A stretch of 64,000 bases of DNA from Tubulanus polymorphus (GCF_964204645.1 NC_134029.1:15184950-15248949), one strand, 5' to 3'. Positions 39,421-52,631 are shown, counted from the first letter of the stretch. Numbers and translations: made by a program. The notes: generated from the sequence alone by a model not told the origin.

Positions 39421-39846
39421 TTATTGCCATCTGTGGCCCATATAGTCCAGATGCTCAGGATTCGGGAACCACTCTCGCACACACTTAATTACACATTCAG
39501 GTAAGATGTCTCGGCGATGCCACACACAATTTTTCTTGTTCGGTCTATTCTGGAGAAAATACATTTTCTTAGTCTTATATCTATTATCCATAAATGTATC
39601 CCTATGAAACAACATAGTCCAAAACTTCTTGTAGACAGATTTTCTGTGTCTGTGGTTCAACTCATGCGGTTGTCCAGGCTCATCCTCCCACCATAACTGC
39701 TTATTTGACATATCTGTTATGCATGGTCGACAGTAACACAATTCACACTCTGGCGCTTCAGGATTTTGTCCAATCTGAAAGTGACTTTCATCATCATATC
39801 CAATTTCTTGTGTCACTTCTTCAATATTCCAGCCATTAAAACTCAT
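39421..39846 (-). CDS. P2X7 cytoplasmic-ballast-like Zn-binding protein (KolX-like transposon accessory gene)
   Basis: CELCYCRPCIT...RKSVYKKFW...RDILPECVIKCVREWFPNP...YMG matches the ballast pattern R..AY....LPSC....IR..FP....Y.G. The 5' end is uncertain. Confidence 0.75.
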   Translation of the reverse strand: MSFNGWNIEEVTQEIGYDDESHFQIGQNPEAPECELCYCRPCITDMSNKQLWWEDEPGQPHELNHRHRKSVYKKFWTMLFHRDTFMDNRYKTKKMYFLQNRPNKKNCVWHRRDILPECVIKCVREWFPNPEHLDYMGHRWQ

Positions 39847-40084
39847 AAAACCCTTGATGATTTCTTCTTGTTCATGGGTAACTCTGATAGATAAGGTATG
39901 TTTTTGTTCATTGCTATATTCATATTAACCCGTTCTGGATATTTAGGGTAACCTAGGCTAATGAGTTAAAAAGTTAATTGACCATATCCATTTAATATAG
40001 TGTGTAAACATTTCCCAAAGATGATATGATGTAGACACTAGCTCATTTCATTTCTCTCACATTATTGCGAACACACTTACAACC

Positions 40085-41667
40085 ATGAGCACGACACGTA
40101 AACGCTTATCCTTTAAAATTGAGATTCCTGGAGATGAAAGTATTAAAACGTCAATTCTACAGAAAATCAAAAAAGTTCGGGAATCATTGATGAAAAGTTC
40201 TATGACTTCAATTAACAATGCTGTGATAATGGAGAATCTTCTGGATTGTTGGTTGACGAAAAATTCTCCAGAAACTATCGAGATGAATGTTACTAATTAT
40301 GTGTCCACCGATAAGAGTAGCATCAATCAGAAGATATTTGTGACATGTGAATCCGCACTGACGAAGTTGGTTGAGATTGCCGGGAAACATGGTCATTTCT
40401 GTGAAAGTAAGGTGTCCGTTAAGAAGGTCTATTACCATGGACATGTCGCACGTGTACATTTGAACTGTAATTGGAAGAGGAAAGCTCATTCATTTGTATG
40501 GACATCGTCATCATACCTTCCAAATGGGGAATTTCTTGTGAATGCCCGAATTGCTCACGGGTACTTCTCATCCGGCATTATAGCTAGTGCATACCAGAGA
40601 TTAGTTGACGGTAGTGGAATTGGGAAGCTCTCTCGCGAAAGGCTGGCTAAATTACAATCCCTCTACCAGCTGAGTGTCCAGGAAGAACAGGACAACAGTA
40701 TAAGACAGGCGCTACTCGAAGAAATTGCATGTTATGAAGTGCCGGGCGCTATAGACATCATGACTGATGCAAGGCATGGCTGGCGAAAAAATGCTAAAGA
40801 TGCTAGCGTTGTGGCAGTGGGTGAAAAATCACATAAAGTTATCAGATGTGAACATGTGACCAAGGCTGATGATGATGTAAGCCAACGACACGAACGCCTT
40901 GGGACCGAACGGATATATTCATATCTGAGATCTACTGAAGATAACGAGGACTTAGAAATTAGAATCCACTGTCATGACAATAGTGCCACGATCAACAAGT
41001 TTGTTAGAGATCAGGGATCCATCAATCAAAACGATACCTGGCACGAGATAAAAAATATAGTGAGAAAATTAGATAAAATAGGAAAAGGTGCTAAAAACAT
41101 CATGGAAAAACCTGGCATGAACAACTACACGATAAGGCTCAACCAATTGGGACGCACATTCAATGGGCAGTTCGAAATTGCAACCAAAATGAAAAAACAC
41201 TATTGGACTACTTGGACAATATAATTTGTCATTATAAAAATCAACACGACTCCTGTCATCCACAATCTCGTTGCAAAATTGACGCAAATTATGAACCACC
41301 AAGAGTAGTGATAACCTCTCCTGTTGCCGAAAACCTTCTTAATAAGCTAATCAAGTCGACATACATCTATTTACACCCTGAATGTTTTGTCTTGGGCAGA
41401 GATTCTTTTTATGTGGAAAGCTTCAATAATGTGATGAACTTATTTCAAGATAAACGCATATCGTTCTCTGACCAACAATATCTAATGCGATCGAATTTAG
41501 CAGTCTGTCACTGGAATGAAAATGTTGACAGAGCCTACACCAGTGTGTATACGAAACCAGGAGGTACAAGGACTATGCAAAGACAGAAAAAAGTTTATAA
41601 ACCATGTACATTTCAATATCGGACTAATATTTGGCTATGTTTTGTGAATCATATCTATTCGGAATAA
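40085..41667 (+). pseudogene. DDE transposase (Kolobok/Mutator-like) with a single frameshift near 41095
   Basis: Motifs IMTDARH, HCHD, QNDTWH and VESFNN. ORFs 40085..41224 and 41203..41667 join into about 527 aa if one base is restored. Confidence 0.85.
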
Positions 41668-42479
41668 AATTAAAATCAAATCTTTCACATTGATAATCAA
41701 TGGTCTTGGTAAGTTTTCTCTATAGCCCTATTATGACTTTGCTAGAGTATTTTCCCTATAATCGTTGTTGAATTAATCCTTGGTTGGGACATAAAGCTAA
41801 TTGGCTATGACAGCTTATCTGGCTTGAAGCAATAACCTCAATAAACTACACAATAACAAACAGCTGAATAGTGAGGTGGTGGGAGTGGCTTATTCTCTAC
41901 ACTACTGAAAATCTCAAGTGTTTGCCACCCGGTTAACTAGCCTCCGTACTCCTCGGCCTTTAATAAATATTTTACTCAAGTTTTCTTCACAGGGGTTTGG
42001 CGATGGGCTTGGATTTTATTTCCGGGTTGTTGATAATCTCGCGAGAATGGCGCTAAATATGAACTGCGAATAAATTCAAAATATCACGGAAATACCTTGT
42101 GTTTATATTGTTTATTTATCCGCTATAAAGTTTCGATAAACAATTGGTCGTTAAGAATCATTATCAGACGGTCGTCACGCTTTACTATATAAAATCACAA
42201 GGGATGAAACGCCTTCAGACTAGTCCAACCCCTAAATCCACTTGCATTCAGTCTCATGAGAACTAACTTAACACGTTAAAACCTTCACCGGCCTCCTACT
42301 CAATTTTTTGAATAAATGTAAAACTTATGGCAGAATTTATGGTTGATTCCTCGAATTTTGAATCCCAAAGAATAATTTTTGAATTACGCAGTAAGATGAC
42401 ACTTGAATAGCCGGTATTCAAATTTTCCAATCAATGTGGGAGGTGTATGGGTCTACATGCGTTTCACAAACGAACGTCC

Positions 42480-44650
42480 TCTTTTAAAGTTTCTTTCTAG
42501 TTTTATTTAGTCAACAATTTCTAAATCATGATGACCGTCTTCATTTTTTCCATAATAGATTATTTTAAATCCTTTTAAATCTTTTAATTCCTCTTTATTC
42601 AATGAAACCCATCTACAGGTAAAAATACTTTAAATTCTCGTGTTGTACTAACATTTGCTGATATTTTATCTCCATATTTAGTTTTTATCTTTTCTAATTT
42701 TAATATTTTATCTTCAATTTCTTTTGTAACATCGACTAACTTTTTTATTTCAATTGTTGCTAAGACTGCTTTTCTTTTCTTTTCGCCCATTTATTAGGAA
42801 AAAAATATTAGTGGTGATGAGTGATGTGCCGACCTCTCGGCCTCTGATCTGAAAGCCCACTTTTCCAATTAATAAAATGAATGTAAATCCTTTTAGAGTG
42901 ACCGATGAGGGTAAGCACCTAGCAGCTATCCTCGATAACAACGGACCTCTTCAGGGTGGCAATTTTATGGGGGCATACAATATTCACTTGCCTAAACGCA
43001 GTGACGGGCAGAAACTGTGAAGTAGTAAGAAATTGGTAGCTCTATCCTTGAAATGAATCATGTTTTTTATGCGTATACGTTCATCAATCCAACCTTTGAC
43101 AGATTATCGTTGAATTCAACCAAAGGGGCTCGTATCGGTAAAACCGATAATCAGTTAATCCAGTCCCTGTGAATTCAACAACTGTTTTGTAAAAGATGAG
43201 GCAAGTAACTGAAAACTGTCAGGGTCACCGGAAGCCGTTTTGTATTTTTAGCGTTGGTTGGCGTCTATGACGTCACGCCAATGCTAGAAAAATGGATCGA
43301 AAGTCATAGTCGAAAAAAGCGCCCACAGTTCTCATTTACATAGTAACATCAAGCTGTAACTCCTTTCGTTGAAACAGCTGAAAATGACTCAAAATAATGC
43401 TTGAATTATTCCCTACAAAATAGCGTCACCGGATGTCTGATTAATTGGCTCAAAAAGTTATTCTATCGCATTTTTCTCGTTAGTTATGTGGTAGATGAGA
43501 GGGGGTTAAGCGATCGGTAGTGATATGTCCGCATTGACATTGGCAGTAAAGAATGGGGAATGGCCTCTTTTGAATAGGAAAATATAAATCTATGTAACCC
43601 CGGTATATAAATATCAAAGTCTTTACATATCACTGTTATTCCTCCTATCAGAAGCAATGAGATTAATTGGGATTAATTCTCTGCGGCAGAATACATATTT
43701 CTAGAGCAATCGAGTGGGCCTACTCATGACTGAAACCCGTATAGGAATGTTATGTGAAACTAAAGTTAAAACCATTTGATGCTGACACGGAATATCAAAT
43801 GGTAAACTAAGACCCAACCAAGATACGATATCACCAATAAAGATAGATTGTTATATTTAATTTTACCACAGTTGCATTGAATTCCAATATCTTTATATAT
43901 ATTATTATTAACTGATTCACATTGGATTCCAATATTTGATGAATTTTCATTGTAGATAATTTGTTTATTATCAAAATCAAAATGATATAATTGTCTTTTT
44001 TCAATTCTTAAGTTAATCAAATCATTGTAATCTTTAGAAAGTATCAAATCATCATTTCTTTCATTGAAAGGAGTTTGAAGAATATTCATTATGTTTTCAT
44101 CTAAAGTTCCTTTATAATTTAAAACTGTATTAAATATTTTTGGATTTAATTTTAGCACCATTATCAAGAGTATCTACTAGTTCAGTAATTAAATGTGTTT
44201 CATTTGATAATATTTGATTAATCATAGTAATATTATCGATTTTATATTGTCTCCCATACACTAAAGTTGATGCTGAGATATAATTTTTAATGTTAAACTG
44301 TGAAAATGATTTATTGGTTTCATTTATTTCGATTTTGAATTTAGGTTCTTCTTCTTCTTTCTTCATTTTTATAACAAATCTTTTATTAAAATAAATCTAA
44401 CTCATTCAAATATAAATATTCAATGTTAAAATATGAATTATTTCACTCACACTTTACTAACACTTTTCATGTTTAGAAATAAGAATCTAACGCATATAAA
44501 TATAAATATTCAATGTTTTAAATATGAATTATTTCACTCACACTTTACTCACACTTTTATGTTTAAAAATTGATTTTTTATTATTCGAAATCTATATTTG
44601 ATCTTATTTATCTAGATTATTATGCTAACACTTTACTCACACTTTTAAAA
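42480..44650 (-). other. Patchwork containing AT-rich virus/Polinton-like ORF fragments (42599, 43766, 44130) and a ~120 bp tandem duplication at 44400-44640
   Basis: Composition is similar to the PolB region, and 42790-42853 is homologous (inverted) to 5150-5206 next to the PolB fragment. Confidence 0.4.
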
Positions 44651-44664
44651 TATGAAATTATTAG

Positions 44665-44814
44665 AGTATATAGGAAAGTGTTTGTTTAAGTCAAAGGTTG
44701 AAGGGGCGAGTGAGTAAAAAATAAAAATAAATTCGAGCGTGCGAGAATTTATTTTTATTTTTTACGAGCTCGTCCCTTCGACCTTTGGCTTGAACAAACA
44801 CTTTCCTATATACT
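44665..44814. mobile_element. 150-bp hairpin MITE
   Basis: agtatataggaaagtgtttg...caaacactttcctatatact, almost fully self-complementary. Confidence 0.85.
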
Positions 44815-45097
44815 AGCGTAGGCTAAATCGTTCGGCAGAAAAATGAAATTCATTCAATTATTGAGTCCCTGTGGTCCTCCCAACATCAACATCGTCTTTG
44901 AACAATTTCCGGCAGATGTAAAGCTACCTTACCACACTACAATATACCAATGCTTCAAGGCTCATGGGCCTCTTGTTAATTTCGTGCCTTCATATACGGG
45001 TCGACATCCGAGTATATTTTACACGCGTTCTGCCTGATGTGGGGGCACCAGTCGTCTCCAGTGGCTTTCTAGTTCAATTGATTAAACTCTATTTCAG

Positions 45098-45193
45098 CTA
45101 TGTGTAGTGGTGGTTGTCTCAATAATGGGCGATGCGTTGGGCCGAATCGATGTTTATGCCACCAAGGATATACGGGAAGAAATTGTGAAGTTG
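45098..45193 (+). CDS. FBN: Fibrillin exon: EGF-like domain 3 (96 nt, phase 1-1); in a different frame from ORF 45107
   Basis: Acceptor ctctatttcag and donor gtaag. Translation (P)[31 protein letters not shown]. Confidence 0.93.
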
Positions 45194-45754
45194 GTAAGAT
45201 TTAGTGGCTTTATCATATTCTACAATCAATTTGCAATTCCCCCAATACAATACAAGAGAGTTCCCCTATACGATACACTCCCCGAGACAATAACCTCTTT
45301 CGCTAAATCACTCAGACAATTCTGTTCAATTCTGTTAAAAAGAAAACATTCTCTAATAATTATCCCATTTCATTTGATAAAAAAGGATGCATTCATTCGG
45401 CTAGTTTTCTAAACATACACGGTTTTAAAGATAGATTAGGGCCCAGTTTCAAGAAAAAGTTTAAGCTTGAAACGGTTAAATTTGAATTGCTGTCACCATT
45501 GAAAACACGAAGTAACACCGAAAATGTTAGTTAAAACTTTTGTGAAATTAATCCCAGATGAATCAATGGATATTCGGTGGTCATGGAATCGGTCTTTTAC
45601 TGACCAATGGCTCTGATACCTTAAGTATTCTGTTAGACCACATCCATGGAATCACGGCTCAATGGGAATTCTATAATGTTCATATTTATTATAATACTAT
45701 GCTATATATCTAAGGAATATATTCCATGAGTTGATAGAAATTGATGAAGTGGGT

Positions 45755-46315
45755 TATTAGGGTTTTCTGTTTCTTCACAGAAAACCCTATTGAAATTCGC
45801 GTGATTAATTCTTTTTTTCCCTTTTCCACACAGTTTTTGTTAAAAGTGTAAAGGCTTCCTTACCTTACCGCTGTCGCCGATACAATCCGTAAGATATCCT
45901 TCAGCTCACTTCAATCTCCAGATACTGCATGGGAATTTTGATAAATCCACGTTATAAAGGCACTGTCGAGCCGTAAACATCGGAAATTTGGCTCCGTTCA
46001 ATTAGTTGCCATGTTGTGTTTTATTTCCGAAATTTCTCTCTTCTTTATGAGGAAGAGCTATTGAATTATTCCCTCTCTTCTCCACAATCAATTTCAATGT
46101 CAATTTTATGAATTTATTGCTGAGCGGGTCCGAGTCCAATAGTTTACGAGTCCGGAGTTCGCGTGTCTGACAGGTTTACGGGCATTTGTCTGTTACCTCT
46201 TTAATATTTTTGATTTCTTGTTATTCCGGTTATTTCATTTAAGTACATTGCTGATCAGTTCATGTAACCAAAAGCGCCAATAAACAGATTTTGAATTTAT
46301 CAAGTTTAAATCAAG
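45755..46315 (+). mobile_element. 5' part of a Helentron/HINE-like repeat; continues after the Harbinger at 50472
   Basis: Start ttattagggttttctg..cagaaaaccctattg (hairpin). An inverted uninterrupted copy lies at ~57400-58222 and a third 5' end at ~61545. Confidence 0.65.
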
Positions 46316-47108
46316 AAGCGTTTTTACGAACAGTCGATTTACTAAATCGAAATCGAAATCACGTTCACGAGCAAAATTTAGTGAATCTGATTTAGTAAAT
46401 CTACGCGTTTACGACAGCGATTTATTGAATCAATTCAGTCGATCGACTAACTTGCTTCGCGAGGAAGTTAGTCGACTAAATCAAATATGGCGGCCTCCAG
46501 TCAGACCGGCGTTGTTGAATCGTAAGTTGAGTGTTTCGCAAATTAGAAAAACTTTAAGCTGTTTTTATCTAATAATGACGTGTAAATACGAGAAGTATAC
46601 GTCGATAATTTGATTAAGAAAAAAATGGCGTGAATTTATTATAAAAAAGACAACATTTCGTCGGTATTATTAATTGATTTCGTTTGTTTTTAGATTTGTG
46701 TTCACATTGAGGATTGATGATAGGATAGAAGATTTTCGACTTAACAGTGCAACCTATCACAAAGCAGTAGCTGGTGGTATGTTCCCTTTGTATTGCTATC
46801 ATTACTTCTTTGTTTATTCTATTGCTGGAATTTTGGAGAAGATTGTACTTAGACCTATGATTTGTCTACATTTTATTTTTAGATATTCAGACTCTAGTTT
46901 CTCTTCGAAATACGTATAAACAGATGAAAGCGAAACAAACCTGTGCAGTGAGTTCCGATGAAGGCAGTTTACAACTCGGAGAGGATTCTGCATCAACAGA
47001 CAATCCGAAAGGCACAAGTTCTAGTACTAGTACATCGGGTTAGTCAAATAAAAAAGCACTTTAGTCGAAATATCTAAGGCAAAGCTTTGCTTCATTAAAT
47101 ATTCATGG

Positions 47109-47710
47109 ATGTATTCTTTCTCTTTAGAAACAAGCTGTTTGATGCCAAAGGGGGCAGTAAAACTTTTAATTGAACTCCATAGACAAAACGAAGCAGCATT
47201 CAATGATAGAAAGACCAAGAAAAAGAGTATTTGGGAAAAAATCTCAAAGGAGATGGAAATCAAAGGATTTTATTATACTTACCTACAATTGAAAAATAAA
47301 TGGGGCAATCTCATCCAACAATACAGAAAGGCTAAGGACAACAACAATAAGACTGGAAGAGACCCGAAAAGTCCCCTTTTTATGATGAACTTGATGAGTA
47401 CTTGGGTCTTCGCCCTTGTTCGACGCCTTCTTGCATATCATCTTCTCTGTCAATAGAATCCATCAATCTACCTTCTGATGATGAGCCCTGTTCGTCTGAT
47501 TCAGAAGTTCCTACTGCTAATGTTGGCAAAAGAAATTCCCGCCTGTCAGAAAGACAAAATAAGCTCTTGAAAATGATGGAAGAAAATGAGAAATCAAGAA
47601 AAGAAGACACCGATAGGTTGTTCAATTTGATTGAGCGTCAAAATGCAATAATAGACGAAAGAGAAAAAGAGAAAATTAATGTACTGAAACAGATCATTGA
47701 TAAATTTTAA
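47109..47710 (+). pseudogene. Harbinger Myb/SANT-like DNA-binding gene (frameshift near 47375)
   Basis: AVKLLIELH...KKSIWEKISKEM...YLQLKNKWGNLIQQYRKAKDNNNKTGR, then an acidic/coiled-coil tail in ORF 47402. Confidence 0.85.
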
Positions 47711-48402
47711 GATGCATAAGTGTTGCCATGTTTAACAGTTTTGAGATTTTGTTTTGTTTTTTTAGCCCATTTAGGACGTCCGTCCGTTTGTCTGTAGACA
47801 ATCCAGTAATTTGTTCATTCTTAAATTTAGTGGACCAAGGCATGCTACTATATTGTTTTTGTCCTAGCTCCCTTGTTGAAATGTATTCAAATTTTATACA
47901 TTCCATAAGCAGAGTTAGTTGTAAGTATATGTGTAATGTAACATTTTTCTATACACATTTGATGTATGAAACCTGTTGTGTTGTAATAATCAAGCACCAT
48001 GGAATTTTTGCCTCGAGTTGTTGCTGCCAGGTGAAAATTTAATTTAATAGACAATCATTTTTTTCTATATTTTTATTTGTTTTCCAAACAGGAAAAATTG
48101 TTGTATAATAAACTCTGCACCAAAAATAAATATTTTTAATGATAAGTTTATTCATGAGTTTTCAAGTGATGATTTTGCTGAGGTTATCTACCCTAAAAGA
48201 AAATCCTTTGAACAAGTCATTTGCTGTCATACAAACTGCACTGTTCTTAGAATCCAGTAGACTGCTCAAGTCAGATCCAATAAACTGGGATTGCTGTATC
48301 ATTTTGATGTTTTTGTTGAGCAATGTACATTGTATTTACTCACCCCCCAAAAGGTCAGACTTGAGACGTCTGTATCTGGGGAAAAGTCACTGCATTACCT
48401 TG

Positions 48403-48705
48403 TAGGGTTCATACGTAGCTCCATGACCAGTCTCATTCCATGACTTTCAAGGACCTTTTTGACTCAAATTCCATGACCTGATTCAAATTGTACTAACTGA
48501 ATACTGTTCATCAAACTGGTCCCAGGACATGTCCTCGACTGGACTAAAACAACACCCCGTTCTCCACTGACTGTCATTCTTTCAGACTCGTGTACTACAT
48601 GTAGACCAAACAATACAATGACCAGCAAGGACCATGATTCAAGGATTATTATTCCATGACTTCCAAGGCCTTGAATTCATGACTCGAGGGCCACTATGAA
48701 CCCTG
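48403..48705. mobile_element. hAT-like MITE nested in the Harbinger
   Basis: TIRs tagggttcata / tatgaaccctg with ttccatgac subterminal repeats. Confidence 0.6.
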
Positions 48706-48918
48706 GCCTTGCCTTATACTGAGTAACGGTATTAATATTTAACCACATTGATTAGATGAGTCAAGGATCAAGAAAAGTTGTCTATAAATCACTAAGAAGT
48801 TTCACAGATTTTGAAAATTTATTGAACTGAATATTGTGCGTATAGTCATCATTGGGTGAATACAAACAATAATAGCCTACAGTTACATATTACAAAAACC
48901 AATTGATGCATGGTTGAA

Positions 48919-50346
48919 CTACACTGACAATAAAACTGAAATCGCTTGACGTTTAGCTACACCGGAGGGCAGTTGCCTTCCAATAGGGACTCCATCATTC
49001 ATCTCATTTTCTTGCAGCTGTGGAAGTCCTTCTCTCAAATATTCTTCTAATTGTCCAGGGTCACTTTCCAAGCATATGTTATGCACAACAAAACAACTGC
49101 TGATGAATGTAACCATTCTCGATAAATTATGCATATCCAATTTCTTCAATCTCATAAATCGACCTTTTAGAATACCAAACGCATTTTCAATTGGAACTCT
49201 GGTTGAACTGTGCTTGTAATTAAAGTCTTTTTGTAACCTAGACAATCTACCAAAGTCCTTGAATGGGACCATTGTGTATTCATTTAATTCATACGCTAAA
49301 TCACCTAAAATGTGTGTGTTTTCAGGAAACAGGCGTTCTCTTTCAGCTTCATCTGCTGGCAGAATCTGGCAGAATTTTTAAACACGCGCGAGTCATTGGC
49401 TGATCCAGGCCATCCTACAAGTACATATGTAAATTTGTACTCGTGGTCGCAGATAGCACACACATTAATCGAATGAAACTGTTTTCGGTTGATGTAATTC
49501 TCTGGAAACGCAACAGGTGTTTTAATTGGGATATGCGTCCCATCAACTTCTTTTCAAAACCTCTGATTACTTCTTGCAGTCTCTGTCCTGTTGGCCATGT
49601 CACTACCTTCTTCATAACATGTTTCTCTAATAATTCCGAAATCAACCCTGCAAATAAAAACAACAATAGTATGCTTAACGAACTGAAATTCAATTATAAC
49701 GCAAAATGATCTGAAATAAGTCTACTTTTAGCAGCGCACTACGACGCAGATAACGGACTATGTACAGCTAACCAGTGCAAGATCGCAGAGCGGTCACTCA
49801 CTTATATGACGATACTGATACTTAACAAATTTTAAAAATACGTTTAATAATTCTTATACATCAGATACCATTATAGGACCTACCTACGATATTGAAGACA
49901 GATGCCTCACATATCCCAAACAAGTCGGCGATCCTTATGATAGAATCTTGTGTGGCTGCATAGTGGAGATAAACAAGTAACTGCTTTTCATACGATATTG
50001 TCAGTTTTCGTTCAGAAAGTTCATTGTGTTGTGTAATCAACGGGCCCATGTGCCGCAACAGTACCTCGAATGATGGTCTACTGATTCTAAATCGTCCGCG
50101 AAAATCATCGAAATGATATTTCGATACTGTTGACTCAATGTAATGTTCGACACTTGCCTTCTTTTCTGATTTGGTGTATTTCACTGCTTCGGATTTAAGA
50201 TATAATTCACTCACTCGAGGTTCTAATGTATATGTTCCCGATAAAACGTTCTGATAGCCCAACATTGGTGCCGAATCCAAACTGACAGCGATTAAGACGG
50301 ATTTCAGAATCTCTTCTCTTCTGGGATTCGCCATCTTGAAATACAC
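48919..50346 (-). pseudogene. HARBI1-like DDE nuclease (two exons, intron ~49648-49883, frameshifted)
   Basis: FRGRFRISRPSFEVL, EKQLLVYLHY, IADLFGI, DGTHIPI, HILGDLAY, FNYKHSSTRVPIENAFGILKGRF, SCFVVHNIC. Confidence 0.9.
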
Positions 50347-50528
50347 TTGTTGACTGCGGATGTAACGTAGCGCATTTACGAGATTTGATTCGATTTAGTC
50401 CATATATGCAACTTCCGGTTCTGCGATCGATTTACTTAAATCGAAATCGATCGACTTTCGTAAAAACGCTTAAGGTCGTTGAGTCGCGGAGGGCTACTAG
50501 AATTACGGTGCAGAATTACGTTCGTCTC

Positions 50529-52631
50529 AGAGAAAAAACAAACGACAGAAAAGTATCAGGTGATTATCGATAGCCTATTACGGTACCGGTACACACAGTT
50601 GACAAACGGTGTTAGGCCTGTGCGTGCCGGTTGGTGCGTACTGGGAATAAATATACTGGTTAGTCAGTTGGTTCGGTTGTGAAGTGTGGAAGCTAAGAAA
50701 GCCTACCGGTATTTATTTGTCTATAGGCCTATTATATAGTAGCCAATACCATTTTTTAAGTACGAAGTTGTTACGCGTACGTGACTGTACGGTGATATCC
50801 ACAGGTTAACCGTACGTGAGTTCCCTAAAAACGCCGTACAAAGTCAACTATAGGCGAAAATATTGAATTTGCTAGCAAGAATGATGTCGCAACGATGCGT
50901 GCATCAACGAATCAAGTTTGAATGAGACTCGCAATTCAGTGCCTTGGGCTATAGCTGAAGAATCAACCGCCTGTAATGAAGAAGTGAACCTATCATCAGG
51001 AACTTTTACGGAAAAAAATTCAGATACTAATAATAAACAGTCTAGAACAGAACCGCAATCTGAGAAAGAAAAACGCTACAGGCCAAGCAGCTCTACCGAC
51101 ACTGAAACAGCAGGTGCCTGTCCTAAGGTCACAGAGGGTATGATGAAGCTATTTGACAAATTTAATGAAATGAATTCATTATATGCACATACCCTACAAA
51201 CCTTGTTCAGCGCACCGAGGAAAAATTGTTTCATCTAGAGACTATCAGCAAAGCGAGAGATCAGGCATTCTATGAGTTAAAAGCTAGTCACGTTAAAGAA
51301 ACGACCTATTTAAAAAGCAAAAAGACCCAGATACGGTGATACGGAGATACGCTTTACAAAGCCCGGAAAGCCGCTATTGATAATAACCAATACTCCAGGC
51401 GACAAATTATCAGACTATTTGGAATTCCCAATAAAGAAGATGAAAATTGTGCCGAGTTAGTGGTAAACACTATTAATGGAAAGCTTAGTGATTCATTATC
51501 CCTCCGTGGCGATGAAGTTGCCCACAGCGTTTGTCGACGGGAACCAGTACTTGATGATAGTGGTAAAAATACTTGATGGAGAGAAAAAACAAACGACAGA
51601 AAAGTATCAGGTGATTATCGATAGCCTATTACGGTACCGGTACACACAGTTGACAAACGGTGTTAGGCCTGTGCGTGCCGGTTGGTGCGTACTGGGAATA
51701 AATATACTGGTTAGTCAGTTGGTTCGGTTGTGAAGTGTGGAAGCTAAGAAAGCCTACCGGTATTTATTTGTCTATAGGCCTATTATATAGTAGCCAATAC
51801 CATTTTTTAAGTACGAAGTTGTTACGCGTACGTGACTGTACGGTGATATCCACAGGTTAACCGTACGTGAGTTCCCTAAAAACGCCGTACAAAGTCAACT
51901 ATAGGCGAAAATATTGAATTTGCTAGCAAGAATGATGTCGCAACGATGCGTGCATCAACGAATCAAGTTTGAATGAGACTCGCAATTCAGTGCCTTGGGC
52001 TATAGCTGAAGAATCAACCGCCTGTAATGAAGAAGTGAACCTATCATCAGGAACTTTTACGGAAAAAAATTCAGATACTAATAATAAACAGTCTAGAACA
52101 GAACCGCAATCTGAGAAAGAAAAACGCTACAGGCCAAGCAGCTCTACCGACACTGAAACAGCAGGTGCCTGTCCTAAGGTCACAGAGGGTATGATGAAGC
52201 TATTTGACAAATTTAATGAAATGAATTCATTATATGCACATACCCTACAAACCTTGTTCAGCGCACCGAGGAAAAATTGTTTCATCTAGAGACTATCAGC
52301 AAAGCGAGAGATCAGGCATTCTATGAGTTAAAAGCTAGTCACGTTAAAGAAACGACCTATTTAAAAAGCAAAAAGACCCAGATACGGTGATACGGAGATA
52401 CGCTTTACAAAGCCCGGAAAGCCGCTATTGATAATAACCAATACTCCAGGCGACAAATTATCAGACTATTTGGAATTCCCAATAAAGAAGATGAAAACTG
52501 TGCCGAGTTAGTGGTAAACACTATTAATGGAAAGCTTAGTGATTCTTTATCCCTCCGTGGCGATGAAGTTGCCCACAGCGTTTGTCGACGGGAACCAGTA
52601 CTTGATGATAGTGGTAAAAATACTTGATGGA
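50529..52631 (+). repeat. Near-perfect 1051-bp tandem duplication containing a LINE ORF1-like fragment
   Basis: Identical ORFs 50918 and 51969 (offset 1051), with only two substitutions noticed. NQYSRRQIIRLFGIPNKEDENC resembles the LINE ORF1 RRM start. Confidence 0.9.

Larger units (their letters stand above)
39130..42012 (+). mobile_element. Copy B of the Kolobok/Mutator-like transposon (better preserved); termini not established
   Basis: Two divergent ORFs plus flanks shared with copy A. A possible right end lies near 42181 (...gtcgtcacgct|ttac). Confidence 0.75.
46316..50471. mobile_element. Full-length PIF/Harbinger transposon (4156 bp), TSD AAG
   Basis: TIRs aagcgtttttacgaa.agtcgat / atcgactttcgtaaaaacgctt, flanked by aag on both sides. 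The empty site (gatcaaggtcg on the minus strand) is at ~57659-57669. It carries convergent Myb/SANT and nuclease genes. Confidence 0.93.

Noticed and set aside
45107-45412. 101-aa ORF in the track
   Set aside because: It is a shadow frame of the fibrillin EGF3 exon running into the intron.
50918-51238. 106-aa ORF as a host gene
   Set aside because: It starts with TTG, is low-complexity, and is part of the duplicated, frameshifted LINE ORF1-like fragment.
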